63,843 nucleotides of DNA, filler included, from Saprolegnia diclina VS20 (GCF_000281045.1; 7 parts of 4 records of this genome joined end to end with filler, not necessarily neighbours in it); one strand, 5' to 3'; positions 12,865 to 24,725 are shown, numbered from the whole stretch's first letter. Notes: generated by a model from the letters alone, not told the origin. Translations and numbers: made by a program.

Positions 12865-14791
12865 CTACTCGAGCGTGAACGCCATCGACTCGACGCCGAG
12901 AAGCATAAAGAGCGCACTTTTCACGAGGCCGCGGCTCGGGTACAAGGGCAGATCGATGCGGTTGAAGCACGTGTGCACCTTGGGGAGGCACCCGTGGCTG
13001 TAGGCTGTCGCCTGGAGCGTAAAGAGGCAGAGCTTGCCGTCGTAGCTCGTGAGCCCCTTGAAGCCTTGCAGTGGCACGCGTGACGAGCCGGTTGTAAAGT
13101 GCAACAGCTTGGCGCGGTCGGCCGCACTCATGTCAAACTCGACAACGTCCCAGAACCACGCGAGAGTTGTCGAGCACTGCAGCGAGCGCGACACGATCGT
13201 GTGGGCGCGCCAGTCGTCGAGGTCAATGCCGGGCGTGCCGCAGAGCACGAGCTCCAGCTCCTTGTAGTCGAAAACCGACAAAAGCTCGTGGGGTAGCACC
13301 GTGTAAACGCCTCGGACGAGGCGTCCGATTTGCTGCGACCACCGACCACAGAGCAAATGGCGCACCATCGCGTCCACATACTTGTCTTTGTTGCTCGTAG
13401 TGACCTCGACGGTACGTCCGTTGGGAATGAGATCGACGACAGTATGGTCGATCGATGTCACGCTAAAGTCGAGAGCGAGGGCGTCGACATCGTCCGACGA
13501 CTCGATGTACCGGAGACTCTTGTACGTCGTCTCGTCCACGTAGCGGACGTCGTGGATCGAGACGGGTGTGCCGAGCAGCGCCTTGAAGAGCGGCACGCAG
13601 AGGCGCATCGGCAGGACCTGGCCGTCGATGATGGCTTTCCCGAGCAGCCGCCCCACGGCCTCCAGCTTGTCCAAGTCGTCCGATGACGTGGCGTTCGGGT
13701 GTGGCATGTACACATTGTCGTGTGTCGCCACAAAGAGGGTCGACGACAGAATGGCTTGTGAGAGGACAGTGTACCACTCGCGCTGGACGCCGCCAGCGTC
13801 GAGCGCGTCTTCGCCCGCCATCGTGACGCGCGTACGGCGACAGAGCTCGTCCACTGGTAACTGCATCAAGAAGGCGAGCGACTGCTCGAGGAGCTGGTCT
13901 CGCGCAACGACAAAGCCGCTTCGCTCGGCATACGACGCATCGATTTGCTCCAGCATCCACGCGTATTTCAGCGAGAAGGGCAGCGCAACGAGCGGAGCCA
14001 CCGCGACAGCCCACCAGTCGGGAATCGGGTCGCTCACCATGGATGTTGTGGCCGGCGTCGATCCCGACGTCAGTGACGTCAGCATTAGCGCACCGTCCAG
14101 CGGCGCGTAGGCGAAAAACGTATTTGCCACCAGCGACGACGACGTGGACGCAGGGTCTCGGACCCAGACGCTCGTCGGCGCCGCTTCGGTTGGGACGCTG
14201 CGCGCCCATAGCGTGCGCGTCCTACAAGCAGCCATCTTAGCCGATAGTTGGAATCCGTATAGTACTACCACGCAGCGTGCTGGAGTGCGTTGAGCTGGGC
14301 GACCTCAATCGTAATTGTGCGCTCAGACATGTTGACGGACGATGCGAGCGCAACGCCTACGAGTCGTCTGGGTCTTCTTCATTGCGTCCGTCGAAAGCAG
14401 TACCTCGCGACGTCTCGCAGAGCGCGCAAACCTCCTTCTCTTCGGCGTTGTGGAAGCCACAGATGCCACAGCACCACTTGGACGTCTCGGCGCCGCTAGG
14501 GACTCAGTGAGCCATGGCTAAAGCAATCGCATTGCGCACTGGTCTTCCATGTCGCCGCGCCGCATGCCGTTGAGGTTCCCGAGGTGGCTATTACGTGCAG
14601 AGCGTCAGCCATGATTGCAAGTAGGCAGCGTACTCGTTGCGGAGGAGCTCGGCCTCTGCTTGGCTCAAGCACGGCGGCTGCTGCGCCCTGTTCTTGGCGG
14701 CGCGCCAGATCGCAAAGCACGTGACAAAGAGCCAGAAGAGCACGAAGGCGCCGGCGGCCACCGTGATCCATGTCGCGGTTGTTCCGTCCAT
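12865..14791 (-). CDS. HECT E3 ubiquitin ligase with N-terminal TM helix and RanBP2/NZF-type zinc finger
   Basis: HECT motifs GEDALDAGGVQREWY, LLHFTTGSSRVPLQGF and LPKVHTCFNRIDLP (catalytic Cys). An upstream exon reads WCCGICGFHNAEEKEVCALC, and the N-terminus has TM WITVAAGAFVLFWLFVTCFAIW. Confidence 0.9.
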
Positions 14792-15292
14792 CCTGCCGCT
14801 CCCAAGCAACTTCAACTGTGCGGGGTCAACGGCAAAGAACCAGGATATGCGACAAGCGACATGAGTGCAGAGTGGGCATTAGACAGCTCACACGTTATAC
14901 GCATCCAGATACTTTGCACAATAGTGTCGTGTACTTTCATCTGCTCGTCGCCGTGGAGTTCATGCGATGAGTGCAAATCGGCTCGTAAGAGCACTTTGAG
15001 CAAGACCAGGTTTTGGTAATCCTACTGTTGTGAAGCATCGAAAGCTCTTCGACACGTCTGAGTGTCACACGCCCGGTCAGAAACACGTCCACCACGCTGT
15101 CCTGTCCACCACCAGTTGCGAGAGTGGTCGCTCACAAATGAACAAGCTCTCAACCAAACCTCAATGAGGCTGCGATCGAGTTGAAGTCCCGTTCCACGTA
15201 CCTGGAAGAAAGTCTTTCGCGTGCGACAGCAATAAATGTATTGTACTAGACTATTCTTCCACTACGACTAAGCTACTAAAATACGACAATGC

Positions 15293-16261
15293 TCACGAGA
15301 TCTCGGACCACGACGGGCGGCTCAGCGATTCGTCGTGGAGAGGCGGCTTGACAAGGTCCAGCACAACCCTTCGGTTGAGCCAGACAAGCTCCAATGTCAC
15401 GAGGAGCGCAAAGAGCGCGACGTAGCCGACGCCCTCGACGTGGTCCCGACGCAGCACCGCCATCTTGGCGCCGTAGCACTCGCCTTGGAACGGGTGCGGC
15501 GTCTCCTCGTAGAGTTTTCGACTCCACACACCAGGTACGCTGTACACGGCGCAGTAGACCGCGCGAACATCACCGACCTCCAGCGGGCACTGCGCACGCA
15601 GCCAGTCGCGCACGTCTGCCAGCTTGGCGGTCGCCTTGTCCAGTGCGCTGCAACGTCCGCAGAGCGCTGGCAGCAGCGGCAGCTCATCGCTCGCGAATCC
15701 GCTCGCGCAAACGGCCTCAAGCGTCGGGGCGTTCGGGAAGAGGGCCATGACGTCGGCGGTGCTGAGGTTGCCAAAGTACGGCGTCCGCGGTTGGAGAAGC
15801 GCGATAGTTGTCGTCAGCGAAAAGGCGTCGCAGATTTTGTGGCCTTGGGCGTCGCAAAAGATGTGGTCGAAGCGCGCTTGGCGTGGCATGTCAACGTGGC
15901 CAAACGTGCTGTTGAGCGGCAGCTCGTGGGACGGCGCGGCCTCGACTGCGCTGGCGTGGCGGATCGTGCGCGACGCGTCCAGCGAGCCCGAGATGCCAAA
16001 CAGCACGAGCATGGCCCAGAGCCCGCAGCTCGCAAAGAGCGGCATGGACGTGACCATCGGGTGCTTGGTGAAAAGGAGCGACGTGAAGCTCACGAGCGTG
16101 AGCAGCAGCAGCGCCGGCGCGAAGAGCAGCACGAGTAGCACGTCGTTGATGAAGACAGCCTCCCAGCCCTGCTGGAAGAAGATGACGAGGTACACGAGCA
16201 GGAGGCAGGCCGTGAGGAGCAAGACGATGTACAGCGTCGAGATGAGCTTGGTCGCCGCCAT
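15293..16261 (-). CDS. Four-TM membrane protein with large Cys-rich loop (tetraspanin-like topology)
   Basis: Three N-terminal hydrophobic helices, a ~190-aa loop with about 8 Cys, and one C-terminal TM. No CCG motif. Confidence 0.65.
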   Translation of the reverse strand: MAATKLISTLYIVLLLTACLLLVYLVIFFQQGWEAVFINDVLLVLLFAPALLLLTLVSFTSLLFTKHPMVTSMPLFASCGLWAMLVLFGISGSLDASRTIRHASAVEAAPSHELPLNSTFGHVDMPRQARFDHIFCDAQGHKICDAFSLTTTIALLQPRTPYFGNLSTADVMALFPNAPTLEAVCASGFASDELPLLPALCGRCSALDKATAKLADVRDWLRAQCPLEVGDVRAVYCAVYSVPGVWSRKLYEETPHPFQGECYGAKMAVLRRDHVEGVGYVALFALLVTLELVWLNRRVVLDLVKPPLHDESLSRPSWSEIS

Positions 16262-16781
16262 GCTACTTCGTGACTGCCACTGCTCAACTGCCGGATGGGA
16301 CACGCGGAAGCCACCACAGCATGTGGGTCAACTCCTTGGTTGCAATCGCTCAGCCTGCGTGACAAGTGCATCTGAACATGCAATTTCTGAGTCAACTCGA
16401 CTAGTACGTACTTGCATGCCTTGTTTGTAAGGAGTTGCACATGTGATGCGCAAGTACTATGACGGGGTTCGTGTCCACCTAGATTGACGGACAAATTTCC
16501 ATCGCCAAGCGAGTCGGCGCACTGCGTCCTCTACACTGTAGACGCTCCGACACCACGCTCTTTGATATCCTTGTTTCGCCACATTCTGGAGTTTGCTCGT
16601 CTGGCAATTCTGGTTTCGCGCTGGGGTTGACCGTGCATGGATGTGCCACACGCAGGATGTGCCCCAGGTCACATCGACGTGGCCCGTCGCTGTTTATACT
16701 ACTGTCCGACTCACGCGTTGAAATCTTCTTGCGCAAACCAAGTCCGACCACGTTATATCGACTATAGTAGATCGAGGAGCG

Positions 16782-19700
16782 CTACCCCTCGCTCGCGCGC
16801 AGCAACGTGGCGTCATCGCCGAGGCCAAAGTGCTCTTTGGCTGCCATCTCGAGCAGCGGGTCCACGTCGTAGAGACCTACGACAGATTGTGAATACCAGA
16901 GCCAACATTGTTACTCGCGTACCGGCTTCAACGTGGCGGACTTCGGCGGTGAAGTCCATATAGTCGTGCGTCGCGAGGAGACGTGGCGCTGCGAGCCGGA
17001 GGTGCTACGAAGAATGGTGATGACATGTAGCTCCACGAGGCGTACGGCCAAGACGAGTGCAAAGACGACGGTCGTCGACCGCTGCAGCACGATGACGTCG
17101 AGGAGTCGGTACGTCGTCTCGGTTGGCAGCGTCTGGCAAAATAGCGGGAGGAACCACTGGGCCGCGAGCAGAGGCATCGGCGTCTTGAGCGACCGGCAGT
17201 GGGCGCTGAGCCGCGGGAGGCGCGACCGCAAGAGCCGCTCCAGCACCGCGCCGTCCGTGTGGAGGCCGTCCAGCCCGGCGTTGTAGTACCTACTCGCAAT
17301 ATAAAGTTGACAGCAACGATCGACTAGGCTAGTACGTGGGGAACTTCTCATGGCACAGCGACGCAAACACCCAAAACGCACGCTCGTCGTCCTCCGACTC
17401 GTTCGCGTACAGCGTCAAGAGCCGCGCGCCAAGGTAATTCATGCTCTACATCATCAACTCTCAACTTGATACAAACCAAACAGCGCACCTGGCAGTAGCC
17501 CAACGACGGCGCATGCGCGACAAAGGCGAGAAGGAGTCGCTCGAGCCGTGGTCGCACGGACTGCATTCTTGGCTGATCTGCAAACGTCCGCTGGACGTCC
17601 GAGGCAATGAGGTGGTGGTCTCGGATCGTATTCTTGTCAACGGCGACGAGCTGCGCGTAGTAGCCCGCGCCAGCGGCCGCTTGCATGGTCGCCGCGCCTA
17701 CCATCGCATCCGTTAATTGGATGAGAACCGATGGCGTAGCGTAGTACGGCCTCCGATAAAGTAGACATGTCGGCGCAGATCCCGGGGCACACCCGACCAC
17801 GCCAACGCCTCGAGCGCCGTGGGGTCATCGACGTGCGAGATGTCATGCCACGCTCCATGACCATCCACATTCGCGGTCGTCGCCCACGCGGCTTGCCGGT
17901 AGATCTCTGTGCAGTCGGCCAGCGCTGATGCGTACCGGTACGCCCGTACATGGACTGGCGGCACCACAAAGCCGTATTGGTCGACCGCGTCTCCGGCGTC
18001 GTCTGTCGTGTCAAAGAGCAGCGCCACAGTGCCTTCGTTGGCGTCGTTGTCGAGGCGGCGCCATACACTGCGCGGCATCTCTCGCTGCAGCGCCGCCGTC
18101 GCGCGGCCCACGAGGTACGGTCCATCGTCGGCCACACCGTAGACAGCAACACGCAGCTCGGTTGGCTACACCAGATGTGCGATAGGACGCCTGTGCAAGC
18201 AACGAATGTACCTCTGAGACGACGACGGGCAGCGACAATGACCACTGCGGATGGCGGTAGGCGTCGACGTCGTGGCCGAACGCTGGTTGGAGGCGTCCAA
18301 AGCCACTGCGCACACAATGTCCTGGCGAGGCGCACAGCGTCATGTAGAACCGGTGGCTGGCGTGTGTGAGCGGCAAGTGCCGGGCCTCGGCACCGACGAG
18401 ACGGACGACCGTCAACGAATCCGCCGACGTCGCTGGCAGAGTTCGCGCTGTTATTTTCACAAACGAGGACGACCCGTTCTCGTTCCACGCCCGCAGTCGA
18501 AAGCTGTACTCGGTGTTTGGCTGCAGTTCTGGCACGACACAGCTCTAGCATCAACGTCGTCACTGTCCATCCATTCAAATGCGGTACCGTGGCCGTCGCA
18601 TCCAAGCGCACGGGGTAGGGCTCCCACCCACCAATGTACGCGCGGCCATACTCGAGCTCGAGCGTCGCCACCTCGGTGCACCTACCGCACTTGGCTTGCG
18701 TCGGCATGAAAATCTCGTGTACCGAAACTCCAAGGGGACGGCGTCGACGGACCACGCGAGGCGCACCAGCGTCGCCTGCACCTACAACCGACACGTCCGA
18801 ACATTGTACCACTCCATCAGCACCTACGTCGGCGGCGTGCAGCCCGCAGGGTGGCAACGGCTCGGCGCTCACGAGCTCGAGAAACTCCTTGAGCTCGTCG
18901 TTGCCCGCAGGCACCTACGCATGCGTAAACACGGGCCGTAAGAGGTTTGTGAGCACCATGTCGCAGGGCAAAAGGCGTTTGGCGTTGCGCTGTGTGAGCG
19001 GGATCGGCGTCTGGAACACGAGCCACTGCGCGAGGTCGAGGTGGCCGTGCAGCGCCGTGTAGTGGAGGCAGTTGCACTGGTGAATGTCGACGGCGCTGAC
19101 GCTGCCGCCGTGTTTGAGGAGGAAAATGACCACTTCGAGGTGGCCTTGCGCGCACGCGTAGTGCAGCGCTGTCTTGCCGTCCACGCTCGTGCTGTGCAAG
19201 GGCGCGTCGTGACGCACCAGCCTACGTATACATCCCACGACCGACTCCTCTTGCGCTTCGGAGCAAACCATGGGAACAGATGCACGTGTCCGTTGCCTGC
19301 CGCCAGGTGCACGCACAAGACGCCTACACCATATTGTCAGATGCTCGTTGATGCAAATAGACCTCGGTCGTCGCCGATCGTGAGCGCGTCCGGGTACGTC
19401 GCGAGCAACTACGACACATTGTCGTCAGCGATCAACAGAAAATACAAGGACATGTACGCGCTCGCAGATGCTGAGGACGCCACCCGACATGGCATCGTGA
19501 AGCGGCAAGCGGCCTTGGGCGTTCCGGGCTCGCGCGAGGTCAGCGCCTACGACGTATCCCACACATCGTCCTTTGCCACCAAAGCCTGCATGCTAGCCGC
19601 ACCATGGGGCTGCTCGAGGAGCCAGGCAACGACCGCATCGTTCTTGTAGCGTGCTGCAACGTGCAGGAGCGACCGCATGTCGCTCGGGTGGCGCGACTGC

Positions 19701-20376
19701 ATGTCGATGGCCGGCCAGAGCTCGAGGAGTACGAGAAAATGGCCCTGCTGCACGGCTTCAAACGCGCGGAGGGCGACTGCATTGCTGCCGTCTTGGGATA
19801 CTTCGACCTCGCTCGCGGCCGCACGGAGCTTTGGCGCGGCAAAGCGAAGCTTTACGGGCCGGCCAACCGCTTGAATGCTATGCTCCAATGGCATCTTCAC
19901 ACGTCGTCCAGAAGACACGCACCGTTCAAGCGTGTCGACATAGGCGAGGTTCGACATGTCGGCGTCGTTGATGTGCGTCAGAAGCAGTCCCGGCACTAAT
20001 CGCCTACGCATATCGCATTTGAATCGCGTCTTGTTGCCGTGGTGATAGATGCTTCGTACTTGGCCGCCTCGATCGTCGACGCATTGTAAAGCGCTGCGGC
20101 GCCTGCCGTCCCGTCGGGCAGCGTTGGTAGGTCTTGAATGCGCGCCGAGTAGGTCACATCGGTCGAGAGCCCGAAGCCAAGGCCAAGGAAGCCCGGGCCA
20201 AAGTGAACCGTGATGGGCTCCACGCGGCCAAGGCTCCACGTTCGCTGCACCTGAAGGGCGGCGTCCGTGCGCGAGCGCAGGTCCTGCTAGCATCGCGTCA
20301 TGAGCCATCGACGCAGGTAAGGCAGACGGACCTGAAGGTAGCTCGGCGCGGGCATGGCCACGCCGCCGCTTGACAT
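16782..20376 (-). CDS. Multidomain Rab-GAP: PDZ-like, ankyrin repeats, FN3 and TBC domain, multi-exon (3' end uncertain)
   Basis: PDZ-like ITVHFGPGFLGLGF...PGLLLTHIND...RPVKLRF; ANK SLLHVAA, KTALHYACAQGHLEVV and NCLHYTALHGHL; FN3 LQPNTEYSFRLRAWNENGSS; TBC IASDVQRTF, GYCQ|SMNY and AAQWFLPLF..LPTETTYRLLD. Confidence 0.8.
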
Positions 20377-20800
20377 CCCAACGATCGGATCTTCCCGAAT
20401 CTTTGACACAATGGCAGCAACACTAAAAGCAAATCCGCACACTAAATGATTCAACCGCAAGAAATACTATGAGCAAGCCGGGTGGCACTCCAACGATCCA
20501 GCAACTGCGGCCGACCAGAAGCTGGAGCGTCTCCCAGAACCAAGAACCATCGCCGAAACCAGCCGCGCGGTACACAGCGCTCGAGTATGGAGGGCTACCG
20601 TAGGCAATATTTCGCCGCCGACGGCCGCACGTATCTCTGAGCTTCGATTCCTGGCGCCTGCCACTGGGCACAGTGGGACCGGTTTGTCGTTTGATCGACA
20701 ACAACCTCCTTTGTCGGAAGATCGCTATACACAGTTTCGTCGTCGATTTGCGTGACAAATAAGCGATAGCGGCATAAAATTAAGAAATAGAAAAAAAGGA

Positions 20801-21259
20801 CTAAGCGGCAAAGGCCGTCATCGCCGGCGTCTCGTGGTGCTTTGCTGCGACCGCGTCCAAGATGGCCTGAAATCGCTCGCGGCGGTCGGAAATGAGTTGG
20901 CCGTTGTGGCGCGAGAGTGCGCTCCAGAGCGTCACGTCGGGCATATCGGGCAGCTCGGCGCCGGCCTCGGTGAGCGTCGCGTGCAGCACCTTGAAGTCGT
21001 TGTAGCGCTTCTTGAGGAAGAGGTCGTGGGGGCCGAGGATCACATAGTGGATTGCACCGTTCTCAAAGACTGTTTCTTCCTCGATCACGTACACGGGCGG
21101 CGGCTCGACGATCGGCTCGACGAGGATCGACGCGCTCTTGGATCCGGACGACGTCGGCGGCGAGTACTTGAGGCTCTTGGAGCCGGACGCCGGCGTGCAT
21201 TCGTCCATAAAGGTCGGCGCCGACACTTCGACAACGTCGGCAGATTGCGTGCAGCCCAT
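20801..21259 (-). CDS. Small PX-domain protein with N-terminal MGCTQS acylation motif
   Basis: MGCTQS start; IHYVI...KKRYNDFKVLH...LPDMP...ISDRRERFQAILDAV..H....FA matches PX. Confidence 0.85.
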   Translation of the reverse strand: MGCTQSADVVEVSAPTFMDECTPASGSKSLKYSPPTSSGSKSASILVEPIVEPPPVYVIEEETVFENGAIHYVILGPHDLFLKKRYNDFKVLHATLTEAGAELPDMPDVTLWSALSRHNGQLISDRRERFQAILDAVAAKHHETPAMTAFAA

Positions 21260-21284
21260 CGGAAAACTGGAATCGGTGCTGGCC

Positions 21285-21303
21285 GGAAAAGTCGGAAATG
21301 AGC
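21285..21303 (-). promoter_or_regulatory. Oomycete Inr/FPR core promoter element
   Basis: The minus strand reads GCTCATTTCCGACTTTTCC about 25 nt upstream of the PX gene ATG. Confidence 0.65.
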
Positions 21304-21739
21304 TACTCGGCTTGTTTTTGGCGCGCCAGAGAGCGCGATACACTGTATCGTGTACAGAAGCACGCACTGGCTCGCACGCACGAGGTACGATTTCGTGGAC
21401 GACAAGAACGAGCACCTTTACAGCGACATGGGGACATGGACCAAATATTCATGACCGTCCGAGACGATGATCTCGCCGTCGGCGCCAGATGCGAGAGAAG
21501 GTGGGGTCCCTCCTCTAGCCGCCAAAATTTCGTACGCTCTTGTACGTACTCTTGTACTCAATGTATATATGCGTTGGATGTACGCGCCAACGTACGATGT
21601 ATGGTTTGACCACCATGCGATGCGCTTCAACGACGAAGGCGCCACGCTCTCAATGGTGAGCGAGCCATGAGTGATGCAATGTAGCAGCCTGTCGCGGCGA
21701 ACGTGTCGCCGATCCTTTAGACATTTCTCGAATCCTTCG

Positions 21740-23441
21740 ATGGGCTGCCAGCAGTCGACGCCCGTGCGCGACCCGCAGCCGGCGCCGCCCGCCGCAGCCG
21801 TTGATCTCACCAACAAATCGCTCTCGACGATCGGAGACGCGCTTCAAGAAGACACGGCCGAGAAGTGGGCGGCCACGGTCCAGCGCGTCAAAAGCCAAGT
21901 GATTCCCGAAGACGCGGCGATGCCCAAGACGCCGGTTGGCCCCGCGACGCCAGTCCTCAGTGGCCCGGTCGTCGTTGCAGACTATTTGCCGGTCGCTACA
22001 CCCACGTCGGTTCTCGACGTCGCCATCGCTGAGAACGACGCGGCACTAACTACGATCGCGGACGCCTTGGCCGATGACGTCGCCGACAAGTGGGAAGCTC
22101 TCGTGCACGAAGTCGAGATCTCGCGCAGCGCACCCGTCTCGGTCGACGCCAGCTGTGACGACGAATCGCCATCTCAAAACGAAACGAGCAACTTGGCAAT
22201 TGTCGCTGACGAAAGCGCCGTTGTGTCTGCGGTCACAGAAGAAGCCACGGACGCCGACGAAGACGTGCCCGTGGAGGCACCGCTCGTCGAAGCCGAGATC
22301 GAGGCACCAGTCGTCGACATTGTCGTGATCGACGAGGTCGAGATGGAAGTCATCATGATTGCGCCGCTGCACGACGGTGACGCCATGGACACGGTTATCG
22401 AAGAAGTATCCGAGATCGACGCTGTCGAGGAAGCGACGGACAACGAGACGACAGATGTCGTCGAAGCTTCGGCCGTGACCGACGAAGTGGAAGCGGCTGT
22501 CGCCGACGACTTGAAGGTCGAGATGGCGGAGGCTGTCATCGAGACAGCCGCCGAGTCGACCGCTCTCGTCCCAGAGGTTGAGGAAAAGGAGGCTTCTGAA
22601 GCCGACGAATCCTCGGACGTGGTGCCACCCATGTCCCGCAGCACCATTGGTCAGGAGTATGTGCTCGACGACCTCATTGGGAGCACAGTGCCCGTGCACA
22701 CGCGCCACGTGGCCGCTGGCATCATCAACGAGATCATCGAAAGCGCGGTCGAGCGCGTCCAAGCCAAGGAAACCGTGGAAGTCGACATTGACGCCGAAAT
22801 GGACGCCGAACAGCAGCTCCTTCAAGTCCAGCACGACCTTGCCGAGATCGTCGCCGAGCTCGAGCAGATCAAGGAAGCCAGCGAGAAGATGGAGAGTGCG
22901 AACGAGTCCGAGTACATTGGTGATGAAATCGCGCCGCAAGACGAGCCGGTCCCGCAGCCATCGGACGCCACGACGACCGATATGGACAACACGGTGGTTC
23001 CCAAGGCACCATTGAGCAAGGCACCGACGAGCAAGACGCCGTCCAGCAAGGCGCCGTCCAGCAACACCAAGCACTACAAGTCGCTCGGATCGAGCGTCGA
23101 GGGCGGCATCGTCATGTACAATGTCCAAGTCCCAAGCGGTCGTGTCATCCACAAGCGCTACAATGACTTCAAGGTCCTTTACAGCGACATGGCCCACGTT
23201 ATGCTTGTCAACGACGTCCATGGTGGTGGCGGTCTTCCGCCCATGCCACGCGCTGGTACTCTATTCCTTGGCGTTGTTCTGTCGGTATACTCATGGCAGC
23301 GTAGGTATGATGTCGCGCTTCACGCGCCAGAACAAGGCGATGGTCCAGGAGCGCGAGCAATCGTTCGAGTCGATTCTCAACGCGATCGCGGAGCACCCGA
23401 TTGCAAGCCACAGCCCCGAGTTCCAGCACTTTCTGCGTTAA
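21740..23441 (+). CDS. Acidic low-complexity protein with MGCQQS N-terminus and C-terminal PX domain (intron ~23257-23304)
   Basis: MGCQQS start and a long E/D/V/A-rich region, then IVMYNV...HKRYNDFKVLY...LPPMPRAG|MMSRF...QEREQSFESILNAIAEHP..SHSPEFQHFL*. Confidence 0.85.
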
Positions 23442-23922
23442 ACGACGCGTGTACTTTTACATATAATGACAACTATAATCCCATGCAACTAAAAATGGCG
23501 AAAGGAAACTTGAGTCGTGACGACCTGCCCCCTTCGAACAAGGACGTTATTTTATAACGTAAGAGCTCTCCAAGATCCCCCTGGACTTTACAATGCTAAC
23601 CAACTGCTGATTTGGAGAGCGGCAATCAGCGGCAATGGAGCCGAGAAGGGTGTCGCGAGGTCGGAAAATTCGCGTTCTGACGTGGCAGCCGGATGTGGTT
23701 CTGTAACTGTCAATCAATTTTGGTAGAAAAGCAGATGCATTCAGAGTGGCCAGATTGTATCAGCTGCGAAGAGCGACATGCCTCCCAGCTGGGCGACTGG
23801 GGAGGCAGAGAGCAGAAGACAGACAGCACCGGTCTCCGATTGGAGAATACGACAAGTCGGCTACAATTCCACTCCAGTCGTGCTTCGTTGTGGAGAGCTT
23901 GCATTTCGTACTTGCTTTGGGC

Positions 23923-24725
23923 ATGGGCTGCTTCCAATCGACGTCCGCACACGAGCCAGGTCCAGGGCGGCGCCGTCAGCAACCACTAGCGCCCCCGCCG
24001 CCATCCACCAACACCAACGGCAACTACCCGGACGACAGCAGCTTGTCGTTTTTGAGTGAGAACCCGCCGCCGTCGCTCTTGCCGTGTGTATTGCGCTCAT
24101 TGTTGCTGCTTCGTTATATCTTGAGCGTAGGCAGAGCAGCACGCACTCGTCGTTTCCGATGCTCCGGTCGAATGCAAACAGCAACTCCACCAACAAGTCG
24201 TACTCGACGAACGCGTACTCCAACAACGGCACGGTGGGCGGCGAGACGTTCCTCGATGTGCCCGAGGACCCGCAGTCCGTGCGCAATATCTGGGACGACG
24301 CGACGCAGGCCGAGAACGGCGCGCGGAATATCTGGGTTCAGTCCAACAACCCCAAGAGCATGAAGAACATTTGGGGCCTTCTCAGCAACGGTACCGACGC
24401 TAGCCACGTCCGAAGCAATGGGACGGGCCTCGAGTCCAACATTTGGTCGGGCCAAACCAAGGTCGACTCGCAGGGCCGCCGCACCAACATTTGGGGCACG
24501 TTCATGTCGACTGCGTCTTCGAACGGCCCCAAGTCGGGCGGCCGCTGGAGCTTCATGTCGTCCGGCGACGAAAACGTGTGGAGCCAAGGCACGGATCAGA
24601 CCGTGGGGTCGAACCCGCGGCCAGCACCACCAAAATCGGCCGTGCGGTCGACGCGTGACCTCAACTTGATTGCGATCGACGAGGAGCACGAGCAAGAGGT
24701 GTTCCGAGCTATACCTACAAGGTAG
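23923..24725 (+). CDS. MGCFQS-starting disordered protein with NIW repeats (intron ~24056-24130; 3' end uncertain)
   Basis: Exon 1 MGCFQS...SSLSFL is followed by a gtgag..gcgtag intron. Exon 2 is S/N/G-rich with RNIW, RNIW, KNIW, SNIW, TNIW and ENVW. Confidence 0.7.
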
